Shown here: piece after piece, positions 57,801-64,000 of the stretch
Layout of the letters: the number at the start of each line of letters is the position of its first letter
Position numbering within the stretch: the first letter of the stretch is position 1
Source: Candidatus Gastranaerophilales bacterium
GTDB lineage: Bacteria; Cyanobacteriota; Vampirovibrionia; Gastranaerophilales; Gastranaerophilaceae
DNA length: 64,000 nt
NCBI GenBank assembly: GCA_944326545.1
Contig: CALVEH010000001.1
Span: forward strand, 9,422-73,421
Direction of reading: 5' to 3'
Program-made: the position numbers and the translations under genes
The notes under the pieces: model-generated
The model's database searches: none
The model's input: only the letters and a program-made list of their open reading frames with translations
What the model was told of the DNA's origin: nothing

Positions 57801-57883
57801 ATGAAATAAAAAATATTTATAAAAGAATAGCTATGGAAGAAAATATTGAGCTTTTTGAAAATCATTATATTTCACATTTTTAG
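54863..57883 (+). CDS. 1006-aa protein: N-terminal HsdR-N/Mrr-like PD-(D/E)xK domain, NACHT/STAND-like P-loop NTPase, ~650-aa unassigned C-terminal region (candidate NLR-like defence protein)
   Basis: GTG start 5 nt after AAGGAG. RADILVTKNNKNLFVFELKAD (D..ExK), QGISYARL, VVITNCKETRIF. Walker A IIGESGTGKTNV. Walker B TIIFFDAIDERNN. The rest is N/K/I/Y/F-rich with no recognised motif. Confidence 0.6.
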   Translation: MNEENIKQIVLNILQNWGFDKDEIQLETSFTIKFGKSVARVDNLKPITTASPRADILVTKNNKNLFVFELKADSVQIDDEDIKQGISYARLTESITPYVVITNCKETRIFNAFNNKELKQDDENFTIKIKNFDYTLSTDIENLYYQATKYLIGMSSQNLSIFCKQQIESRMETLKGTNINDDEKYIPELFIEREAIVECFEDFLKSDSTCFSIIGESGTGKTNVICDLALKYASDNYPNYLSYFYTCHELYNSIGDNLKEDFNLHFTQQNTEEQIVKKLADFSDKQTIIFFDAIDERNNNNFPVEFNNFVRIAKDKGIKICFTCKDIEYERFLKNNGNPTFITKSIYSIDNSNISFSLNNFSDNEYKKVESCYKEKYDLLDIPSDISYELKNGFMLRIYSEIHKNKRKFRAQNIVEMMQEYLEQKLAKMYNSQYDKDIANNILIETARHIWEQSIGKDVNAFPTIYRMSDKILEKDLKTALNLRINEKIPNELFEHKILQKNLYEDIFISFYYTRFRDYIIGFMSLKLDTLSSLEFSNLLPTLYSSNIGISIVQWYYQFANSNHKELIEQFFIGKILSFISAYNYLIDMYFKELKDIICPNVKEKIAIGIIKEPINPFYFFYPAKTNNDIITFFDDYDSYKNAYESIGGISTALNIDDECNMKAIAFKRLIEDVLRALKNPYSRVFGGYPKYYPKSFFNPKNNKIILNERVYSLFDNYSHLLGYKYQVNLQESDFSYSRYKQNIFPIKINDVLNKIKRLKIKIFLDNAENTDFDKTIFSFDGNDNVLEYDDCKINSFIKSNRILPDIKVEGIDELENHLRLYKHFSDTLDFPLPKPDIETKIPLKIYETINGTTVSRLGDDIIRDIYSKKQRNKYYRQWFYKMYNVYISYVEEFFPRIKNYLYTYSNLPIAINYKINDCDDDINNSLHCQFCYEILYNQDQDELVKLTEVNSFSSKYNGWRMMPAYPETIEENVILMISDEIKNIYKRIAMEENIELFENHYISHF

Positions 57884-59259
57884 GAAATACCCATTAATTT
57901 ACTATAAAACTCATCCATCATACTGGCAACTTGTGCTTCTTTACTTTTAATTATGTGTGAATATGTGTTTAGTGTGATGTTTTTGTCTGCATGCCCGAGA
58001 CGACCGCTTACTGTTACAACATCTTCACCTGAAGCAATCATTATACTTGCGTTTGTATGTCGAAGTTGATGAAAGGTTATCTTTGGGAGGTTGTGTCTTT
58101 CTAAGAATTTTATAAACCACTTATATGGCAAGTTTGGATTCATTGCTGTTCCATCTTCAAGCACAAAAACATATGGTTCGTTTTTCCAGGCAGTACCAAG
58201 CTTGAGTTTCTGTTGTATTTGTTGGTGTTTATATTGTTTTAACAAGCTCATTACTGTTTGAGATACAGTTACAATTCTGACTCCTGCTTCTGTTTTGGGT
58301 TTATCCTTTATTGTTCCGTAACCTACAATATAATGTCTTTGCTTATTTATGCTTATTTGTGAAGCATCAAAATTAATATCATCCCAAGTTAAACCTGTTA
58401 ATTCACTTCTTCTTAATCCTGTATCAATAGCTAAAGAAATCATTGCTGCCAAGATTAAAGGTTCTGTACTCAAAGCTTTTAACATTTCTGCAACTTGTTT
58501 ATCATCATAATACTTAGCTTTTGACTTTTGTACTTTCTTCATATCAATCCTTTGCATAGGATTTTCTTTGATTATATTCCACTTAACTGCAGTTGAAAGA
58601 ATTGATCTAATTATGCCCATATGATTACGTATTGTTTTTTCTGAAAGCGGTTTGCTCTTTGAACAAGTAAACATTTGTTTTATATTCAGGTTATAAGCAT
58701 CACAAATTTTTTTAGCTATTTCGTAATCGGTAATATAGCCTTTTTTAAGTCTTCTACAAGATTTTACAGATAGCCCTGATAATTCTTGCATTTGTAGAAT
58801 AGGCAATGGCAGCAATCTTTCAATAAGCTTCGTTGTAGGAATATATTTACTATCTAATCTCATATCGGATTCATGCAAGTTTTGATAAAACTGTAGCAAG
58901 TGTGTTGGCTGTATATTACTTATTTTTATATGTCCCATTGCAGGAAGAATTCTATCATTTAACTTTTGTTTGTAAGCAACAAGGGTTGTGGGTGTGAGAT
59001 TTATTTCTGCATAATCTTTAAACCATCGTTGAGTAAATTCTTCAAATGTTATTTTTTCTCCATCAAGATATGTACCATTTTGCACTTCTTGTTCAAATAA
59101 TACAAGCTGCCTATTTAATTCCTTTTCTACTTGCTTTGGGGTTAATGTTTTATCTAGTTTTATTGTTTTTCTTTTGCGTAACTTTTTACCATTTGAGTTA
59201 TAGCCTTGACAGACCGTTAATCTGTATGTGTATTCTGAAACTTGTTCATAAAATGCCAT
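57880..59259 (-). CDS. int: Tyrosine recombinase / phage-type integrase
   Basis: C-terminal catalytic region: GLRRSELTGLTWDDI (Arg), HQLRHTNASIM (His-x-x-Arg), GRLGHADKNITLNTYSH (His...Tyr). N-terminal arm-binding and SAM-like core-binding regions. 459 aa. Confidence 0.9.
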   Translation of the reverse strand: MAFYEQVSEYTYRLTVCQGYNSNGKKLRKRKTIKLDKTLTPKQVEKELNRQLVLFEQEVQNGTYLDGEKITFEEFTQRWFKDYAEINLTPTTLVAYKQKLNDRILPAMGHIKISNIQPTHLLQFYQNLHESDMRLDSKYIPTTKLIERLLPLPILQMQELSGLSVKSCRRLKKGYITDYEIAKKICDAYNLNIKQMFTCSKSKPLSEKTIRNHMGIIRSILSTAVKWNIIKENPMQRIDMKKVQKSKAKYYDDKQVAEMLKALSTEPLILAAMISLAIDTGLRRSELTGLTWDDINFDASQISINKQRHYIVGYGTIKDKPKTEAGVRIVTVSQTVMSLLKQYKHQQIQQKLKLGTAWKNEPYVFVLEDGTAMNPNLPYKWFIKFLERHNLPKITFHQLRHTNASIMIASGEDVVTVSGRLGHADKNITLNTYSHIIKSKEAQVASMMDEFYSKLMGIS

Positions 59260-59348
59260 TATTAATGTCTTCTCCTTTTATTTTTATTATGACAATCTTT
59301 TGTAAATTACGCTGCTATTTTCCTGTATTCCATTGCAGTATAAGGGCT

Positions 59349-60242
59349 TTAACTATGTGATTTTATGCACTTCAGATAATGTTCATTGAAATCTTTACAC
59401 CCACAAGTCATTTTAACTCGTTTGAATACAGGGTATTTTTCAATAATTTTTGAAGCAACTTTGTTGCCTTCTTCATCATTATCAAGGTATAGGAAAAACT
59501 TTTTGTACTTTGTAAAATCCGCTTGCGAAATGTATTTAAGTAAAGATTGAACACCGTTCGAAGGAGTTACAATGTGATAGTATTCTAACTGTCTTTTTTC
59601 TTGCAGATACTGATATAATGCGTATCCGTCAAAGTAGCCTTCTACTACAGCCAATGCTTCCGTTGTCGGCTTGTAGGAATTAATCATTGCAAGACCAGTA
59701 GGGGCACCTTTTTCACGTCTTAATCCATCTTTGCCTAAGTTTAGCGGTCTATACTCAAAACCTAAAATTATATTGCTCTTTTCTGTAGAATACTGGAATG
59801 TAGGTATTACCCATCGTTTTTTATACTCATCAATTCCAATTTTAACAGCAGTCACTGTTTCCATCGTTAAACCTCTTTTTTTATTTAAAAAGCGAAGTCG
59901 TGTAATTGATTTTTGCAATGCATCATTACAATCTTGTAGATATGTTCTAAATTCAACCTGTTTTTGTACTGTAAAAAATCTTTTATACCTGTCTGTATTT
60001 TCAAGATTGTAAAAAGACTTTAAACTGATTTTATTTTTGTTGCTTTTAAATATTTCTTTCAGTAATTTTGGTGCGTGACTTTCATCTGCAAAGCACCATA
60101 AAACACCTTTTGCTGCATTGAATTTCAAGTTATCTCTACCAGTATCTTTACAAAGTGGACATTGCCAAATATATTCATCTCCAGACTGAGATTCTGGTTC
60201 TCCAAAATAATTTTTCAATACATTTAAATTAAGTCCATTCAT
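59349..60242 (-). CDS. Toprim-domain primase-like protein with an N-terminal zinc finger
   Basis: CPLCKDTGRDNLKFNAAKGVLWCFADESH zinc-finger-like segment. AVVEGYFDGYAL (Toprim Glu) and YLDNDEEGNK (DxD). Confidence 0.6.
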   Translation of the reverse strand: MNGLNLNVLKNYFGEPESQSGDEYIWQCPLCKDTGRDNLKFNAAKGVLWCFADESHAPKLLKEIFKSNKNKISLKSFYNLENTDRYKRFFTVQKQVEFRTYLQDCNDALQKSITRLRFLNKKRGLTMETVTAVKIGIDEYKKRWVIPTFQYSTEKSNIILGFEYRPLNLGKDGLRREKGAPTGLAMINSYKPTTEALAVVEGYFDGYALYQYLQEKRQLEYYHIVTPSNGVQSLLKYISQADFTKYKKFFLYLDNDEEGNKVASKIIEKYPVFKRVKMTCGCKDFNEHYLKCIKSHS

Positions 60243-60379
60243 TTTTTTATTTACTCCTCTCCAAATTTGCGGTTTTTCCAGTAAATCCCAAGCAACTCAT
60301 AGGACTTCGGATTTACGGTTATGGTAATTGCCGCAATACCACTATTAAATAGCAATTACGACAATTACTATTTTGCGGA

Positions 60380-61981
60380 TTAAATTAAATCGCCAAGTTC
60401 TTTTACACCTGGGCTTAATTCTTTTGTCTCTAAATGAACTAGTCTATATTCAGTACCAGAGTTATTGTTTATCAGGCGTTTTTCTAATGTATAGTTTTCT
60501 GATTTTGCCATATCTGCAACTATTGCTATATCATTTTCAAAATTTTTTATAAACTTATCTCTTGAGTATCCAAATTTTTGACGATGATTTGTCATCAATT
60601 CTGTTTTACTGAAATATTTGCCTTCATTTTCTAAAAAGAACTGCAGCATACGGTCGTATTTATCCTCAAATGAAGGACGATAGCGAATGAACGAATAAAA
60701 ATCTTTACTAAGCCGTTCTGTTGTTTCTATGGCCATTTCCATATCTTTTGTATTGATGTAGCATTCTTGAGGATGATTAATACAAGCATACATACAGGCT
60801 ATCTTAAGAGCCTTTAGCTCTCTAGATTTAATTTCTTTTTGAAGAAGTGTATTCACCGTTTGATTTTCTAATTCATCAAGCTTTACTTTATATGGATAAA
60901 ACACATTGATATTGGTATCTTCTAAAAGTTCATAACAATTTTTAAATTGGACTGATTCAAAAATTTCATACAATTTTTCGCCTAAGGCTTTTAAATCTTG
61001 ATAATATTGTTTTTCTTGTTTTAAAGCCTCTTTAGCATTTTTTTCTATCTTGTATGGTTCCTTTTTATCCATAAATGTTATAATGCAACGTCTTCCCAAA
61101 CCTGCTTCCATTAGCAAATTAAATATTTTTTCTAGACTACTGCCTTTAAACAACGTTGGATCTGAGTACATAAGTGTATTAACGGGTATGTCTTCTATAT
61201 TTTCCTGACGTTGCTCGGTTTTAATAGACTTTGATATAATTTTGCCGTCATATGCTTCAAACAAAATATTAAAAAACAATGTCTGTTCTGAAGTCATTTT
61301 ATTGAGATATTGTCCAAGTTCAGCAAATTTAATCATCAGACTTCCAAATCCAGCTTCTTTAAATACCTTTGCATCATAATATATTCCTTCTCTAGTCCCA
61401 TCAGAAACTTCTATTGTCATATTTCTAAATTCTTTAATTTTTTCTTTTATATATAACTCTTTCGCCTTTGTTTGCTTTTCATCAGGAAATTTTATGTTTG
61501 CTTGCTGCTCTATCTCCAACTTTCTATTTTGTTTCAGTTCTAAGACTGCATTCTTAAACCAATTTTTAAATGGGAAGAATACATACTCATCTAGTTCATT
61601 AGAAATTCTATCTTTACCCATACCAGAAGGCATAAATAGAGTTGAATAATAATTTGGATAACCAGCTTTGCCTATTTCAAGGTATTTTATACGTTTGGCA
61701 GTAAACATCTGCGCTATCTTAGCATGTACAATGTTTATTATTGAATTGATTGCTATTGCTGGATAACGATTTTTAATGACTTGCACGATTTGTGCTACTG
61801 GTACAGGCATGTTCAAATTACTGATGTCACAAATAATCTCTTCAGAAGAATTTATTCTACAGTATGGGCTCATCTCTTCTAAGCCTGACTTATTCTTACA
61901 AGTTGCCTCAGGCAAGTAGTTGTTAAATGTAACTTTTTCTTGAACGTCACTAAATGGCGTTCTAATTGATATTTCTTTCAT
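60380..61981 (-). CDS. Replication-associated protein, DUF3987-like (putative helicase/loader)
   Basis: ATG at 61981 lies 1 nt after the upstream stop (TAA-A-ATG). LFMPSGMGKDR (degenerate P-loop) and AGLGRRCIITFMD resemble DUF3987 proteins found next to primases in islands. Assignment is by resemblance only. Confidence 0.4.
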   Translation of the reverse strand: MKEISIRTPFSDVQEKVTFNNYLPEATCKNKSGLEEMSPYCRINSSEEIICDISNLNMPVPVAQIVQVIKNRYPAIAINSIINIVHAKIAQMFTAKRIKYLEIGKAGYPNYYSTLFMPSGMGKDRISNELDEYVFFPFKNWFKNAVLELKQNRKLEIEQQANIKFPDEKQTKAKELYIKEKIKEFRNMTIEVSDGTREGIYYDAKVFKEAGFGSLMIKFAELGQYLNKMTSEQTLFFNILFEAYDGKIISKSIKTEQRQENIEDIPVNTLMYSDPTLFKGSSLEKIFNLLMEAGLGRRCIITFMDKKEPYKIEKNAKEALKQEKQYYQDLKALGEKLYEIFESVQFKNCYELLEDTNINVFYPYKVKLDELENQTVNTLLQKEIKSRELKALKIACMYACINHPQECYINTKDMEMAIETTERLSKDFYSFIRYRPSFEDKYDRMLQFFLENEGKYFSKTELMTNHRQKFGYSRDKFIKNFENDIAIVADMAKSENYTLEKRLINNNSGTEYRLVHLETKELSPGVKELGDLI

Positions 61982-61982
61982 T

Positions 61983-62213
61983 TTATAACCCAACCTTTCT
62001 TATCTCATTTTTAGTAGAAGCTGTATTACTGTTAATCATTTCTCCGTTATTTAAATAGTCAATAAGGCTTTCGATATTAATGAGGTACTTCTTTCCAGCT
62101 CTGACATATTTCACCTTATTTTGCAAGACCATTTGTCTTATACGATATTTGGCCAGTCCGGAAATTTTTGAGGCTTTGTTGATTGTTTCCATTTGTGGAA
62201 AATTTTTGTTCAT
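61983..62213 (-). CDS. AlpA/excisionase-family helix-turn-helix protein
   Basis: 76 aa. INKASKISGLAKYRIRQMVLQNKVKYVRAGKKYLINIESL is the excisionase/MerR-type winged HTH pattern. First gene of the alpA-rep-pri-int operon. Confidence 0.65.
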   Translation of the reverse strand: MNKNFPQMETINKASKISGLAKYRIRQMVLQNKVKYVRAGKKYLINIESLIDYLNNGEMINSNTASTKNEIRKVGL

Positions 62214-62373
62214 TATTTTCTCCTTTCCTTAAATGTTAAGAGTGTCTATCTTTGTTTTATCCCAAGCTAGCATGTCTGAAGTCGAAATTTTCAAAAAAAG
62301 AAATTAATGAATATTTATGCTACAAAATAAATTATTGTTGTATTTATGCAACTTTATGTGCTAATATTGAGCA

Positions 62374-63042
62374 ATGAAAAAAAGACAAGAGAATTCCCTA
62401 TACAAAGAGCTAAAAAAGACATTTGGAAAAAGGTGCAGCGATTTAAGATGTGATGATGAAAAAGAAATTCAAGAGAATGGAAAAACAACATATATCAATA
62501 CATCAATGCAAAAATTAGCAGATAAATTTTCTTCGATAATAAAAGCTAGCTACGATAAATCCAAAATATCTAGAATTGAAAAAGGAACAGCCGAAATAAC
62601 TATTTTGGATTTATTTCTTTACAGTGAATATTACAAAGTCTCTTACAATTTTTTACTTGGGCAATCACGTAACAAAAAAGATAAGTATTTTAGTGCATTT
62701 GAAAAATACGGTTTATCAGACCAAACACTTGATATTTTAAGTAATATAGTAAAAAATAAGGGAAATAAAGAAATAAAAGCTCTAAATGCTATTTTTGCAA
62801 GTGGTTTAGCTCAACCCTTTTTAGAATATTTGTATGATTTTTTTTACAATGATTATGAAAAACGCTTACCCCAAAACTATAAAGTGACTGGTGGTGAAAT
62901 TATTAAAGTTGAATTAAGGGCAAAAGCGGGTAAGCTTGATCTAGGAGAAGATTATGTACCTCTTGAAAAAATGAATATCATAAATAGACAAATAGTCTAC
63001 GATAAGCTCAATGAAATAAAACAAGCCTTACAGGATAAATAA
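62374..63042 (+). CDS. HTH (Xre/cI-like) protein with a C-terminal extension, divergent from the replication operon
   Basis: SMQKLADKFSSIIKASYDKSKISRIEKGTAEITILDLFLYSEYYKVSYNFLLGQS resembles an Xre-type HTH. 222 aa. Confidence 0.45.
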   Translation: MKKRQENSLYKELKKTFGKRCSDLRCDDEKEIQENGKTTYINTSMQKLADKFSSIIKASYDKSKISRIEKGTAEITILDLFLYSEYYKVSYNFLLGQSRNKKDKYFSAFEKYGLSDQTLDILSNIVKNKGNKEIKALNAIFASGLAQPFLEYLYDFFYNDYEKRLPQNYKVTGGEIIKVELRAKAGKLDLGEDYVPLEKMNIINRQIVYDKLNEIKQALQDK

Positions 63043-63062
63043 GAAGAAGCTAAAATATAATC

Positions 63063-63386
63063 TTATATTATAGACCTATAAAACCTGTAAAGCAAGGTTA
63101 CATCAACAGATTCATTTTTAATAGCGTTAATCAATTCTTCTTTCAATTCGTCAGTATTTTCTAAATGTTGAAAATTAAAAAGCTCTGACGGTTCTACATC
63201 AAGTGCAAAAAGTATGTTAGATAAAGTTTCTGCTGTAATAAAATTGTTACCGCACTCAATTTTGCTGAGGTTTCTTTCACCAATGCCAACAAGTTCAGCC
63301 AGCTTTTCCTGAGTCAAACCTTTTCTTGTGCGGATTTCTTTGATTCTTCTGCCTAAAAGTTTTTTTATGTCTCTATTATGTCCCAT
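63063..63386 (-). CDS. Xre-family transcriptional regulator
   Basis: LLGRRIKEIRTRKGLTQEKLAELVGIGERNLSKIECGNNFITAETLSNILFAL is a canonical HTH_XRE. Confidence 0.85.
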   Translation of the reverse strand: MGHNRDIKKLLGRRIKEIRTRKGLTQEKLAELVGIGERNLSKIECGNNFITAETLSNILFALDVEPSELFNFQHLENTDELKEELINAIKNESVDVTLLYRFYRSII

Positions 63387-63548
63387 TGCATCCTCTTTTA
63401 TGTATGATAATTTATGCTATTCCCAAAAATAACGACTTTAAAAACTCTTTAATCATTGACAGAGAGTTTTTAATTATGGATAATAGAGTTTAAAAGTTCC
63501 TGTTTTGGTTAATTTTATGTTTTTAATGCTGACAACAAGGAGATTGTT

Positions 63549-64000
63549 ATGCAAAATGTAGTACATAAGGAAACTAGGCTTAACGAAATTTCCCTCAAAG
63601 TAAAAAATTGTGAGGATTGTTCATTACACAAAAACCGTAAATGCTCTGTTTTTTCAAAAGGAAATACTAATGCTCAAATAATGCTTATAGGTGAAGCTCC
63701 AGGAAAACTCGAAAATGAAAAGGGCTTGCCTTTTGTTGGTAAATCAGGTGAGTTGTTAGACAGCTTATTGAAACAAGCGGGCTTTGAAAATCCAGAATCA
63801 GATATTTATTTTTGCAATGTAGTAAAATGCCGTCCTGTTAAAAATAACAAAGACAGAAAACCATCTAAGGAAGAAATTTTAAGTTGTAAGAAATTTTTGT
63901 TTGAACAAATTGACATCATTAAACCTAAAATCATTATACTTTGCGGTAATACAGCTAAAAATGTATTTGGCATCAATGAAACCATGAAAACTAGTCACGG
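63549..64000 (+). CDS. Uracil-DNA glycosylase family 4, N-terminal part (continues past window end)
   Basis: AAGGAG lies 6 nt upstream of the ATG. CEDCSLHKNRKCSVFSKGNTNAQIMLIGEAPGKLENEKGLPFVGKSGELL...CNVVKCRP are family-4 UDG motifs. Confidence 0.8.
   Translation, partial: MQNVVHKETRLNEISLKVKNCEDCSLHKNRKCSVFSKGNTNAQIMLIGEAPGKLENEKGLPFVGKSGELLDSLLKQAGFENPESDIYFCNVVKCRPVKNNKDRKPSKEEILSCKKFLFEQIDIIKPKIIILCGNTAKNVFGINETMKTSH

Larger units (their letters stand above)
54612..63420. mobile_element. Integrative element (satellite / genomic-island-like); right boundary not found in the window
   Basis: Contains the att-like tRNA-Gly fragment, a cargo gene, a tyrosine integrase, a Toprim primase-like gene, a DUF3987-like gene, an AlpA/excisionase-like gene and two HTH regulators. 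Spot G+C counts are lower than in core genes. Confidence 0.65.

Overview
AT-rich chromosomal segment from a flagellated, diderm-type bacterium. Evidence for the envelope type is L-ring and P-ring genes, an LptD/OstA-like gene and a type IV pilin-like gene. About 50 kb is ordinary core genome. It holds two flagellar clusters: fliF-G-H-I and fliJ-fliK-flgE on the minus strand, and SLT-flgF-G-A-H-I-J-(M)-(N)-K-L on the plus strand. Housekeeping genes include folC, murT, glmS, mnmG, alaS, glyQ, prmA, accA/accD, a DapL-type aminotransferase and several transporters. Gene content (DapL, glyQ separate from glyS, flagella plus pilin-like genes) loosely resembles non-photosynthetic cyanobacterial relatives, but I cannot verify this without a search. 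The clearly accessory part runs from 54.4 kb to at least 63.4 kb. It is a tyrosine-integrase element that begins at a 24-nt tRNA-Gly 3' fragment and has a replication module (AlpA-like, DUF3987-like, Toprim primase-like) and HTH regulators. Between the att fragment and int sits one very AT-rich 1006-aa gene with PD-(D/E)xK nuclease-like, NACHT-like P-loop and unassigned C-terminal regions. This is my best candidate for a new single-gene NLR/STAND-type defence system. Other unexplained structures: (1) a ~930-bp ORF-free element at 35.05-35.99 kb with 25-bp perfect terminal inverted repeats and a chain of long hairpins inside. (2) A tightly coupled three-gene operon at 15.07-21.49 kb, with two paralogous membrane proteins plus a GH13 enzyme. 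(3) An RHH gene followed by about five degenerate A-rich GGGGAA repeats before its terminator. All functional calls come from reading motifs by eye; no database search was possible.
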